Shown: in pieces, positions 19,377 through 28,376 of the stretch
Position numbering within the stretch: the first letter of the stretch is position 1
Layout: every line of letters begins with the position of its first letter
Origin: a bacterium
GTDB taxonomy: Bacteria > Patescibacteriota > Minisyncoccia > Phycocordibacterales > UBA5272
NCBI GenBank assembly: GCA_023267635.1
Contig: JAHFMX010000003.1
Coordinates: 26,139 to 90,138, forward strand
DNA length: 64,000 nucleotides
Direction: 5' to 3'
Made by a program: the position numbers and the translations under genes
The notes under the pieces: generated by a model
Told to the model about the DNA's origin: nothing
The model's input: only the letters and a program-made list of their open reading frames with translations
Databases searched by the model: none

Positions 19377-20750
19377 ATGTCTACATTCAAGATTACTTTT
19401 GCGGGTGGAGCACAGATGCCTACTGGGTCAAATTTCTTAGTTGAATTCGGAGGCAAGAAAATTCTTATTGATTGTGGACTCGTACAAGGGGAAAAATATT
19501 CACTACCGATTAACAGTGAACCGTTTACCTATGACCCAAAGAGCATTGATGCTCTCTTCGTTACACACGGTCACTTGGATCATGTAGGACGTATACCACG
19601 ACTCGTCCGTGACGGATTTAGGGGGACTATTATTAGTACAGAACCAACACGAGAGATGGGGGAACTCATCATGCTCGACTCTATGGGTGTGTTAGGCAAA
19701 GAAGCAGCAAATGCAAATGTGGAAATGTTATACGAAGAGAAAGATGTGTTCGAGTCTGTTCATCTTTGGACAACGACACTCGAGTATGAGAAGCCGTTTA
19801 CGTTTAAGACTGAAGACGAAGACGCTATTATTACACTTCATGACGCAGGACATATTTTAGGAAGTGCAATTATCGAGATTGCATACAAAGGAAAGAAACT
19901 CGCGTTTACTGGAGACCTCGGAAACACACCGTCTCCTTTAATGCGGGACACAACATTACTTCACGGCATAGATTATCTCGTTATGGAAAGTGTGTACGGT
20001 GACAGAAATCATAAAGACAAAGATAAGCGTGTAGAGATATTAAAAGAAGCGGTAACAACCACTATCCACAAAGGTGGCACAGTGATGATTCCTGCGTTCT
20101 CTATAGAGCGTACACAAGAAATTCTTCTGGCATTTAATGAGCTTGTCGAGAGTGGGCAGATTCCACCAGTTCCTGTATATCTTGATTCACCACTTGGGAT
20201 TAATATCACAAAAATATATAAGAAGTATGAGCACTGGTTTAATGAAAATACTGAAAAGATAATTAAAAGCGGAGATGATATTTTTGCCTTCAAAGGCCTT
20301 ATTCAAACTCCGTCACCTGAAGAAAGTAAGGCAATCAATCAAGATACACGACCAAAGATTATTATCGCGGGAAGTGGTATGAGTAATGGTGGCCGTATTG
20401 TTCATCATGAAGCGCGGTTGCTTCCTGATCCGAAGAACACGATTATCATTGTTGGGTATCAAGCCGCTAATACACTTGGGCGTCGTATTGTTGACGATGA
20501 GAAGGAAATATATATTCATAATCAACCAGTACAGATTCGTGCGCGAGTTATTAATATACACGGATTCTCAGCACACAAAGATTCGGATCATTTAGTTGAG
20601 TTTGTTAGCTCAACAAAAGACAGTCTTAAAAAAGTGATAGTTGTATTAGGTGAGCCAAAGAGTGCGTATCATTTGGCTCAAAGAATTCATGAGGAATATC
20701 AGGTTGACGTGACCGTTCCAGAAAAAGGGGATGTGATCGAGTTGGACTAG
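19377..20750 (+). CDS. MBL-fold beta-CASP ribonuclease (RNase J-like family)
   Basis: HGHLDH metallo-beta-lactamase motif plus beta-CASP C-terminal half (GFSAHKD). Confidence 0.6.
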   Translation: MSTFKITFAGGAQMPTGSNFLVEFGGKKILIDCGLVQGEKYSLPINSEPFTYDPKSIDALFVTHGHLDHVGRIPRLVRDGFRGTIISTEPTREMGELIMLDSMGVLGKEAANANVEMLYEEKDVFESVHLWTTTLEYEKPFTFKTEDEDAIITLHDAGHILGSAIIEIAYKGKKLAFTGDLGNTPSPLMRDTTLLHGIDYLVMESVYGDRNHKDKDKRVEILKEAVTTTIHKGGTVMIPAFSIERTQEILLAFNELVESGQIPPVPVYLDSPLGINITKIYKKYEHWFNENTEKIIKSGDDIFAFKGLIQTPSPEESKAINQDTRPKIIIAGSGMSNGGRIVHHEARLLPDPKNTIIIVGYQAANTLGRRIVDDEKEIYIHNQPVQIRARVINIHGFSAHKDSDHLVEFVSSTKDSLKKVIVVLGEPKSAYHLAQRIHEEYQVDVTVPEKGDVIELD

Positions 20751-20831
20751 CGAGTAGTATTGTAGTGAATAGAAATACATAAAATCCAATCCACTACTCA
20801 CTAATCACTACCTACTATATACTGTACTGTA

Positions 20832-21407
20832 ATGAAAGCTCAGAAAATTACCATCAGTGTCTCAGGCGCTGCAGAGATTGCACACTGTGGTCCAACTGTT
20901 ATTCCAATCGCAAAAGAAATTGGGCGTGAGATCGCGCGACAAGGTGCGCAAATTGTAACAGGGGCAACATCAGGCTTTCCAATGTATGCAGCGGAAGGGG
21001 CGAAGGAGGCTGGAGGATTTTCATTTGGATTATCTCCTGCGGCAAGTAAGAAAGAGCACGTCGAAGTATACAGACTTCCTCTTAAAGCAATGGATGCCGT
21101 TGTATACACTGGATTCGGTTTTCCAGGGCGTGACCTAATGCTTGTGAGGTCGTCAGATGCTATCGTTATCGGTTGTGGGCGCATTGGTACTATTCATGAG
21201 TTTACCGTTGCCTGGGAGGCAAATATGCCCATGGGAGTGCTAATAGGAGATTGGCCAACAGACGAAGTAATTCATAATATTATTGATAACAGTGATCGCA
21301 AGAATGAGAATGTAATCTTTGAAAAAGATCCAAAGGTTATGATTACAAAACTTATTGAAATGGTAAGGAAGAAGGAAGAATCAGGGGAGGTGGAAGTTCG
21401 ACTATAA
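20832..21407 (+). CDS. LOG family (TIGR00725-like) Rossmann-fold protein
   Basis: TGATSGFPMYAAEGAKEAGGFSFGLSP and GCGRIGTIHEF resemble LOG GGGxGxMG and PGGxGTxxE motifs. Confidence 0.5.
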   Translation: MKAQKITISVSGAAEIAHCGPTVIPIAKEIGREIARQGAQIVTGATSGFPMYAAEGAKEAGGFSFGLSPAASKKEHVEVYRLPLKAMDAVVYTGFGFPGRDLMLVRSSDAIVIGCGRIGTIHEFTVAWEANMPMGVLIGDWPTDEVIHNIIDNSDRKNENVIFEKDPKVMITKLIEMVRKKEESGEVEVRL

Positions 21408-21455
21408 AAAGAAAATAAAAATACGGACCAGTTGGTCCGTATTTTTATGTAGTAG

Positions 21456-21803
21456 TTAAGCGTTAACTGTTTCAACAACTCGCTTGAATGTTTCTGGGTT
21501 TTCTCCTGCGAGTTCAGAAAGCATCTTACGGTTGATAACAATTCCTTTCTTTGTCATCTTGTTGATGAATACACTGTATGTTACTCCGATTTCGCGTAGT
21601 CCAGCGTTAAGGCGAGTTGTCCAAAGACGACGCATGTCAGTCTTCTTATCCTTTCGGTGAGCAAACGCGTATGCGCCTGCCTTGCGAATAGCAACTTTTG
21701 CCTCAACTTCCTTCTTGCTGCGTCCAAAACGATATCCCTTTGCTTGCTTAAGGACATTACGTCGGTGCTTCATCGCTATTGTACTTCGTTTTACGCGTGA
21801 CAT
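21456..21803 (-). CDS. rplT: 50S ribosomal protein L20
   Basis: MSRVKRSTIAMKHRRNVLKQAKGYRFGRSK N-terminus. Confidence 0.9.
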   Translation of the reverse strand: MSRVKRSTIAMKHRRNVLKQAKGYRFGRSKKEVEAKVAIRKAGAYAFAHRKDKKTDMRRLWTTRLNAGLREIGVTYSVFINKMTKKGIVINRKMLSELAGENPETFKRVVETVNA

Positions 21804-21841
21804 AGTAGTAGATTTTAAATAAGTAAATGCTTACAAGGGGA

Positions 21842-22030
21842 TTATAGAAGACCAGGAAGGAAACGTGACTTTTCCTTACCTGTCATAACAAACTCCTGCC
21901 CACGCTTTCCTGCGAGTTGCTTGCGACGTGTGCTCTTTGCGTTGAAGTGGTTAAGTCCTGGCTTGCGACCAATGATTTTACCGTTTTTCGTCACTTTGAG
22001 ACGCTTTAAGAATGATTTGTTTGTCTTCAT
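21842..22030 (-). CDS. rpmI: 50S ribosomal protein L35
   Basis: MKTNKSFLKRLKVTKNGKI...; infC-rpmI-rplT synteny. Confidence 0.85.
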   Translation of the reverse strand: MKTNKSFLKRLKVTKNGKIIGRKPGLNHFNAKSTRRKQLAGKRGQEFVMTGKEKSRFLPGLL

Positions 22031-22134
22031 AATATTTCTGTACCTTCTAAGATAGTTTCGCTATTCTATCACGATTTATCTTTCTAATCAAGTAAAATTG
22101 AGGTTCTTTAGTAATAAACTAATCAAATGCTCAA

Positions 22135-22257
22135 ATAATCAAAAAACTGTTTTAGATACGAGGCGAGGGAGGATTTTGAAGAAAATGTACGAATAGTACT
22201 TTGACTGAAAAATATGGGCCCCTCAACAAAGTAGGTGAAACAGTTTTTTGATTATTT
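22135..22257 (-). promoter_or_regulatory. long-range inverted repeat spanning infC 3' end and rpmI leader (candidate L20 autoregulatory operator)
   Basis: 19-bp arms aataatcaaaaaactgttt (22135..22154) and aaacagttttttgattatt (22239..22257) enclosing 84 nt; 221-nt infC-rpmI intergenic. Confidence 0.3.
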
Positions 22258-22764
22258 TGCCTTTTCAATAACGATCATCATAGACTTTGGCACTTTTTTG
22301 AGCGGCTCCGCCACTTTGTACTCAGCAGGGATAACAGCCAGGATACGTTCCATGCGGCTTCTGAGGAAGCTTTCTTCCATGTATTTAGTGCGCCCTTTGA
22401 GCTGAAGCTCGATTTTTACACGGTGTCCTTCTTTAATCCACTCTGAGGCTTGCTTGGCCTTAATCATGATATCGTGTTCTCCAATCGAGACACTAATCTG
22501 AATATTTTTAGTTTCTGTAATGTGTGCTCGAGCCTTTACTTCCTTTTGTTTCTTAGACATTTCATAGGTGTACTTGCCGTAATCTGCGATACGAGCTACT
22601 GGAGGATCAGCTTGAGGTGATACTTCAATAAGATCAAGTCCCACTGCTTTTGCCGCAGCAAGAGCTTCTTCTTTAGTGATAACTCCAATGTTCTCACCTT
22701 GAGAACCGATAACACGGAGTTTCGGTGCACGTATGTTGTTGTTGATGCTTACTTTGTCTGCCAA
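22252..22764 (-). CDS. infC: translation initiation factor IF-3
   Basis: IRAPKLRVIGSQGENIGVI...; start is TTG with an ATT immediately upstream (IF-3 genes classically use an atypical AUU start). Confidence 0.9.
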   Translation of the reverse strand: MADKVSINNNIRAPKLRVIGSQGENIGVITKEEALAAAKAVGLDLIEVSPQADPPVARIADYGKYTYEMSKKQKEVKARAHITETKNIQISVSIGEHDIMIKAKQASEWIKEGHRVKIELQLKGRTKYMEESFLRSRMERILAVIPAEYKVAEPLKKVPKSMMIVIEKAK

Positions 22765-23052
22765 AATGGTGTGTAATTAGTTGTTGCTATAAGGTAATAC
22801 TAGCAAATAAACCCTTAAAAAACAATGAGAGGAGACTTCTTTTAGGTGCAGAAATTATCGCGGAGGTAATCTTCCACAAGTTTCATGTCGTCGACAACTT
22901 CCAAGAAGCGAACTTGCTAGTTCGTCCACGAAATCGCAAACCGCACCTCATTCAGCAGAATGACTCTTGGAGTATGGCATTTTGCATGCTTGCAAAATAT
23001 GCCTGCGGCCTTCGAACCCCTCACGTGAGTGAAACTGTTCACTCACTCGCTT

Positions 23053-23101
23053 CCACAAAATAAAAATAACCCCAATAGTTGGGGTTATTTTTATTTTGTG
23101 G
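23053..23101 (-). terminator. perfect 21-bp hairpin terminating ssrA (part of a longer inverted repeat 23011..23118)
   Basis: ccacaaaataaaaataacccc aatagtt ggggttatttttattttgtgg. Confidence 0.6.
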
Positions 23102-23487
23102 AAGCGGAGGGGTTCGAACCCTCGTGTATATCGGAACAATATATGACTCTACTAGTGTGTAGTTTGCTTCGTTGTAATCCTTATCTATAAGAAACAAACG
23201 AAAGCAGATAAGGATGTGCATGAATTATTTCAGTGAGTACCTCATGCGGAGTACTAACCTACATCTACTGTCATTATGCCGTTACCCTTCCCGTAGATGC
23301 GAAAAGATACGACACCAGGTCGGTCTAAATTAGACGAACGCTGGAACGAGTCCATTCACGTATGGTGAACGGATCGCTGTTGCAGAATTGTTTGCAACGT
23401 GTGTACATGAATGTTTACGAGTACTCATGCAGTCTCGACACAGCACATACAATCATTATCGATATATCAAAGCCAAAGTACGCTCCC
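23099..23487 (-). ncRNA. ssrA: probable tmRNA (SsrA)
   Basis: Minus-strand 5' GGGAGCG pairs with 3' CGCUUCC to give a 7-bp acceptor stem with G3-U70 and discriminator A; T-arm GAGGG-UUCGAAC-CCCUC; no long ORF in about 390 nt; immediately downstream of smpB; candidate tag frame from resume GCA at 23395. Confidence 0.6.
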
Positions 23488-23582
23488 CTAAAACATTTGT
23501 AACCAAATGTTCGGGCGTCCGTCTGCCATGGACCCTGCAGACGGATTAGCCGTTAAACCGCCCGAATAGTATCTCATTATAA

Positions 23583-23849
23583 TCAAATACTGTTCCGATT
23601 GTCTAAATATTTTTTCTTTATCTTCTTTTTTACATTTGCAGACCAGAGGGTTTTTAGAAAACGTTCTCTATTAAAGGCTTCAGCTTTTAAATCAAATGTT
23701 TCAGTGTGTATGCAAACTAAAGGGAGTCTTGTAGCGGTTGCGGGCACTTGCCCGCTGGAGTGTTTTTTAAAACGCTCACCAATGTCTGATGTACACCCTA
23801 CATATAGTTCTCCATCTTTCTCACTGTACAGGATGTATACAAAATACAT
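23583..23849 (-). CDS. GIY-YIG nuclease family protein
   Basis: YFVYILYSEKDGELYVGCTSDIGERFKKH GIY-YIG module. Confidence 0.6.
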   Translation of the reverse strand: MYFVYILYSEKDGELYVGCTSDIGERFKKHSSGQVPATATRLPLVCIHTETFDLKAEAFNRERFLKTLWSANVKKKIKKKYLDNRNSI

Positions 23850-23852
23850 ATT

Positions 23853-24287
23853 CTATTCCTTAAGACGCATTTCACGTCGTGAGATTTCTTCTTTTACCTT
23901 CTCTCGCTTGTCATGCTTTTGCAACTTTTTACAAAGCGCTACTTCGCACTTAACGAGGTTATTTTTAAGATACAACGAAATAGGGTGCAATGTCAAGTCT
24001 TTGTTTTCTTCCTCATAAGCCAGTTTTCCGATCTCTTCTTTCGTAAGGAGAAGTCGGCGAGTTCGGTGTTCGTCGTAAGATTTAGGCGTGTTGGCCGGCT
24101 GATAAGCAGGAATGTATGATCCAACCAAAAAAGCTTCGCCACCGCGAATGATAATTTTACTCCCATCTAAACTTCCAAGTTTTTGACGTAGTGATTTTAC
24201 TTCGTACCCCAGAAGCTCGATTCCAGCTTGGGAGGTATCCAATACGGTATATACCATGCGGAGTTTTTTGTTCTCAACCAGTTTCAT
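23853..24287 (-). CDS. smpB: SsrA-binding protein
   Basis: GIELLGYEVKSLR, HRTRRLLLTKEEI, C-terminal basic tail. Confidence 0.9.
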   Translation of the reverse strand: MKLVENKKLRMVYTVLDTSQAGIELLGYEVKSLRQKLGSLDGSKIIIRGGEAFLVGSYIPAYQPANTPKSYDEHRTRRLLLTKEEIGKLAYEEENKDLTLHPISLYLKNNLVKCEVALCKKLQKHDKREKVKEEISRREMRLKE

Positions 24288-24401
24288 AGTATAGACAGTA
24301 TATAGTAGGTAGTTTATAGTTGATAGTCGCCTACATAAGCAGAAATAAACTTCATGGGTTCACTACTTACTACCCACTATCAACTATGCTACTATTCTCA
24401 T

Positions 24402-26342
24402 ATGGCAAAAGACACTCGTAAAAATCAAGAAAAAAATAGTAGTAAGCGAGACATGTTACAGCAAGGTGTTTCAAAGAAAATCTCAGCCGCAAAAAAGGTG
24501 GGGGGTTTTTCTCAGCAACTCGTGGGCACGCTCATCATCTTTCTATTTCTCACGTGGGGGTATTCAATTATTACTGACAAAAAACAATCTCCAACAGTTC
24601 CACTTTCTGAGTTCGCGGCACTTGTTAACTCTCAAGAAATAACTTCTATTGTAGTAGAAGGCGACACACTCACTGGAACGAAAGCAGACAAGACGAGTGT
24701 TACAACAAAAAATGAAGCAGGTGCTTCAGTGTTAGATACATTGAGAAATTATAATGTTAGTACTTCAACATTAGCCGCAACTACTATTACGGTAAAAAAT
24801 GATAGAGGTCTTTCATTTTGGGGTTCACTTATCCCAATTCTTCTCCCAATTCTTTTTCTAGGATTTATGATCTGGTGGCTTGCTCGTGGAATCAAAGGTG
24901 CAAACATGCAAGCGCTTTCATTCGGACAGTCGAGAGCGAAGATGATTCACCCAGATGATGGAAAAGAAAAAGTAACCTTTAAAGATGTTGCAGGAGCAAA
25001 GGAGGCAAAAGAAGAGCTCTCAGAAATTGTGGAGTTCCTAAGAAACCCAAAGAAGTTTACTGACATTGGTGCGGTTATTCCAAAAGGAGTATTGCTTATG
25101 GGTGCACCAGGAACGGGTAAGACCATGCTTGCTCGTGCAGTAGCAGGAGAAGCAGGTGTTCCATTCTTCCACCTTTCAGGCTCTGAATTCGAAGAGATGT
25201 TCGTTGGAGTGGGAGCATCTCGCGTTCGTGATTTGTTTGATATGGCAAAGAAAAATGCGCCTGCAATTATTTTCATTGATGAAATCGACGCAGTAGGACG
25301 CGCACGTTCTCCTTCGATGGGGGGACAAGGGGAGGCACGGGAGCAAACACTCAATCAGATTCTTGTTGAGATGGATGGTTTTGAACAAACAGAAAATGTA
25401 ATTGTTATGGCTGCAACAAATAGGCCAGATGTGCTCGATACAGCACTTCTTCGCCCAGGGCGATTTGATCGTCGTGTGACGCTTGATTTACCAGATAGAA
25501 GTGATCGAGAAGCAATTCTTCAGGTGCATGTAAAAGTGAAACCACTTGCTGAAGATATTAATTTGAAAATTATTGCAGAACGAACACCTGGATTTTCGGG
25601 AGCAGATTTGTATTCATTGATGAATGAGGGGGCAATTCTCGCGGCACGAGAAGGAAGAAAATCAGTTGCTCAATTTGACCTTATCCGTGCAATTGAAAAG
25701 GTAATGCTCGGTCCCGAACGAAAGAGTCACGTGCTTTCTCCACAGGAGAAGAGGATTACTGCGTATCATGAAGCAGGACACGCGCTCGTTGCATCATGTC
25801 TTCCTGACGCTGATCCAGTACACAAGATATCCATCATTGCTCGAGGGCACGCTGGTGGGTACACACTTAAGCTCCCACTTGATGAGCGACGACTCATGAG
25901 TCGTGCTACCTTTTTAGATGATATTGCGATGTCACTTGGTGGGTACGTTGCTGAAAAAGAAATCTTTGGGGATATTACAACGGGTCCATCAAACGACCTT
26001 CAGGTAGCAACTGGAATGGCGCGTGACATGGTAACAAAGTACGGCATGAGTACGCTTGGACCAATTGCACTAGAGGGAAATGGAAAAGCATTGTACGGGG
26101 GAGGATTATACGGAAAAGAATACAGCGAAACCATGGGAACAAAAATTGATGATGAAGTGAAGCGTATTATGGACGACGCATGGTCTCGAGCGCGTAAAAT
26201 TATTATCGATAAGCGAGATGTGTTAAATGTTATCGCAGAAGAACTGATGCGTGTAGAAAATATTGAACGAGAAGAATTTGAAAAGATTCTTATTGTGCAC
26301 GGTATCAAACCGAAACGAAAAGAATCTGAACTTATAAATTGA
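24402..26342 (+). CDS. ftsH: ATP-dependent zinc metalloprotease FtsH
   Basis: Walker [12 protein letters not shown] region, HEAGHAL zinc motif; ATG 24402 preferred start; ends with TGA at the expected length. Confidence 0.9.
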   Translation: MAKDTRKNQEKNSSKRDMLQQGVSKKISAAKKVGGFSQQLVGTLIIFLFLTWGYSIITDKKQSPTVPLSEFAALVNSQEITSIVVEGDTLTGTKADKTSVTTKNEAGASVLDTLRNYNVSTSTLAATTITVKNDRGLSFWGSLIPILLPILFLGFMIWWLARGIKGANMQALSFGQSRAKMIHPDDGKEKVTFKDVAGAKEAKEELSEIVEFLRNPKKFTDIGAVIPKGVLLMGAPGTGKTMLARAVAGEAGVPFFHLSGSEFEEMFVGVGASRVRDLFDMAKKNAPAIIFIDEIDAVGRARSPSMGGQGEAREQTLNQILVEMDGFEQTENVIVMAATNRPDVLDTALLRPGRFDRRVTLDLPDRSDREAILQVHVKVKPLAEDINLKIIAERTPGFSGADLYSLMNEGAILAAREGRKSVAQFDLIRAIEKVMLGPERKSHVLSPQEKRITAYHEAGHALVASCLPDADPVHKISIIARGHAGGYTLKLPLDERRLMSRATFLDDIAMSLGGYVAEKEIFGDITTGPSNDLQVATGMARDMVTKYGMSTLGPIALEGNGKALYGGGLYGKEYSETMGTKIDDEVKRIMDDAWSRARKIIIDKRDVLNVIAEELMRVENIEREEFEKILIVHGIKPKRKESELIN

Positions 26343-26467
26343 CACACTGCTTTGTCGCTACAGGATTTTGCTCAGTCACCGTAGTTCTGTCTACGGCTCC
26401 TTCGCAAAATCCTTATGCTCCGCGCATTGTATTCAATTTCTAATTTAAGCAACTATTGTATAAAAAG

Positions 26468-26500
26468 AAAAACCGCCTCTACGATGGGGCGGTTTTTATT
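26468..26500 (+). terminator. bidirectional Rho-independent terminator
   Basis: aaccgcc...ggcggtttttatt. Confidence 0.5.
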
Positions 26501-26538
26501 TGCAGAGTATCTGCAAATAAATGTGATGGAGTAAAAAG

Positions 26539-26748
26539 TTATTTACCCATCGTTTGAACTTCTTTGAAGGCGTTCATGTCACCTGGGCAAGGGGAGCCAC
26601 CAGCGGCATGTACGTCGGCGAGATGGGAAGTGTCCACCTCTTCACCTGCTTGCGTGTTTGCGGCGGGAGGTAATGTTGATTCCCCGCGACCTGTTTGCCA
26701 GTTGCTGCGACCTTCTAGTCCGTCGCCTGGACTACCTGATACGAACAT
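26539..26748 (-). CDS. hypothetical small protein, GC-rich
   Basis: RBS aggag 7 nt upstream of ATG on minus strand; 69 aa, Gly/Pro/Ala-rich; terminator hairpin downstream. Confidence 0.35.
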   Translation of the reverse strand: MFVSGSPGDGLEGRSNWQTGRGESTLPPAANTQAGEEVDTSHLADVHAAGGSPCPGDMNAFKEVQTMGK

Positions 26749-26849
26749 GTCTCTTCTCCTGTTTTTTATGGTACAAAATGAGTGCTTTCACCATGAAGAG
26801 CACCTTTTGTGTATGGTACTACTTTTATAAAACTTGTAAAGATTACTTG

Positions 26850-26922
26850 TGCATCCACCTGGACTCGAACCAGGGACCAGTTGTGTATAAGACAACGGCT
26901 CTACCAACTGAGCTATGGATGC
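26850..26922 (-). tRNA. tRNA with anticodon UAU (reads AUA; tRNA-Ile, UAU-type), no encoded CCA
   Basis: Cloverleaf by hand: acceptor GCATCCA/TGGATGC, D-arm TAGCTCAGTTGGTAGAGC, anticodon stem GTTGT/ACAAC with loop CTTATAC, T-arm CCTGG-TTCGAGT-CCAGG. Confidence 0.7.
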
Positions 26923-27031
26923 TTGTACTTAATAGTTAAGTTCTCATACTATAGCAAATTATAGTGTATTTTTGTATTAGCTCTAAGCTATCAACTATTA
27001 CCTATAAGCTGATCTTTGCTATACTACAAAC

Positions 27032-27397
27032 ATGTTCAATATCTGGCCATATCTTCTCCGACTTGCAGTTTCTCTTTACTTTATATATCCACACGCACAA
27101 GCGGCTCTCCAAGGGGCTAAAAAGGGTTCTCTTGCAATGTTTGCATGTATTAATGAATATATCCCCACAACCATTGCTTTCACGCTCTGGCATTCATTTT
27201 TTGTTATCCTAGGAATTCTTATTCTTATTTGGCCACGTCCAATTCTTCCTCTTGTTGTAGCGCTCATCATTCTTTCTTCACAGCTGTATATCAATTTCGC
27301 ACAGCATAGTTACACCGTCGTTAATATGCTCTTGTTTGTTCTTGTGCTCGTAACGCTTTCACTTATCATCTACCACTCTCGTCCACAGTTTAGGTAA
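27032..27397 (+). CDS. hypothetical integral membrane protein
   Basis: Three or four hydrophobic helices; no motif. Confidence 0.4.
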   Translation: MFNIWPYLLRLAVSLYFIYPHAQAALQGAKKGSLAMFACINEYIPTTIAFTLWHSFFVILGILILIWPRPILPLVVALIILSSQLYINFAQHSYTVVNMLLFVLVLVTLSLIIYHSRPQFR

Positions 27398-27400
27398 TGT

Positions 27401-27958
27401 ATGAAATTATTTCTTTTAGCAGAGAAAGGGGAAGAGGTGTATTACAAGCCACTTATTGAACTTTGTAAACGTAATAATGTTTCTGTTGAAGTAATCTCTT
27501 ATCTTTGGAAATATTCTACACAAAAGCAAGTTGCTGAAAAAGTTGCGCTCAAGTTGAGAGACAGTAATTCCATCATCTTAGGTTTTTCGTTAGGAGCATT
27601 AGTTGCTCTATTGTCTGTTGCCAAGACAGGGTTAAAGTATAAACATTTAATTTTATGCTCCACTACGCCTCTTTTTTCTGGAACTATTTTTCCAAAAAAT
27701 GTAAAAGAGTATCTTGGTAAGAAGCGAATTCAAGAAGCGAGTAACACAAAGATATTGGACTTAGTTAAAAGTATTAATAATACACCAGTTACTATACTTG
27801 TTGGGGGAAATGAAGATAAAGAAATTATTAGACAAAACACAGCTCTTTCTAATAAGATATCTAAAAGTTATTTTATAAATATAAAAAATACTGGACATGA
27901 TATATACGCACCAGAGTATTTGAAGGAAATTAATTCTCTTTTATTAAAAATAAAATAG
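27401..27958 (+). CDS. small alpha/beta-hydrolase family esterase
   Basis: GFSLGA (GxSxG nucleophile elbow) and C-terminal GHD (possible catalytic His). Confidence 0.5.
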   Translation: MKLFLLAEKGEEVYYKPLIELCKRNNVSVEVISYLWKYSTQKQVAEKVALKLRDSNSIILGFSLGALVALLSVAKTGLKYKHLILCSTTPLFSGTIFPKNVKEYLGKKRIQEASNTKILDLVKSINNTPVTILVGGNEDKEIIRQNTALSNKISKSYFINIKNTGHDIYAPEYLKEINSLLLKIK

Positions 27959-28005
27959 GCCAAGTACGAATACTTAGCCTATTAGCTGGAGGGCGAGGCG
28001 AGGAC

Positions 28006-28269
28006 TTACTTCTGAAGATCAAATTCACCGTTTTTAACGCCTTCGATGAAAGCCTCCCACTCGGCATGGGTGTACTCCAGCGTTTTTTTGGTTAGATCTT
28101 TTGTATCCCGTACCGACACCTTGTCTGGTGAAATTCTCACCGAAACACAGAACCAGGTAGGGTTGCGGAGTCCAGGTGTGCCTGAAGCACAAATGAAGCC
28201 GTCTTCATCCACTTTGCGACCGTTAGGAAGCACCGTGAACTGTTGTCCGTTTGGACCAGTTACTTTCAT
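28006..28269 (-). CDS. DUF397-like domain protein (actinobacterial type), GC-rich
   Basis: FCVSVRISPDKVSVRDTKD...EWEAFIEGVKNGEFD closely matches the DUF397 pattern CVEVA...VRDSK...FT..EW.AF..GVK.GEFD. Confidence 0.5.
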   Translation of the reverse strand: MKVTGPNGQQFTVLPNGRKVDEDGFICASGTPGLRNPTWFCVSVRISPDKVSVRDTKDLTKKTLEYTHAEWEAFIEGVKNGEFDLQK

Positions 28270-28376
28270 GTCGTTCTCCTTTAAAAATTGACAAAGTATA
28301 GATAAAAATATCTACAACCGTATACTAATAAGCTTCTCGATAAAAAGCAAATGGAATTGGTATACTTAACTTTATA

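Noticed and set aside
23100-23135. Plus-strand tRNA suggested by GGTTCGAACC at 23111..23120
   Set aside because: No matching 5' acceptor, D-arm or anticodon arm upstream on the plus strand. The TTCGAA core is palindromic and the motif is the T-arm of the minus-strand tmRNA.
26340-26342. Alternative genetic code (UGA recoded to Gly, as in some CPR lineages)
   Set aside because: ftsH terminates with TGA at the expected full length. Long essential genes (ileS, recG, argS) read through without internal TGA, so the standard code 11 applies.
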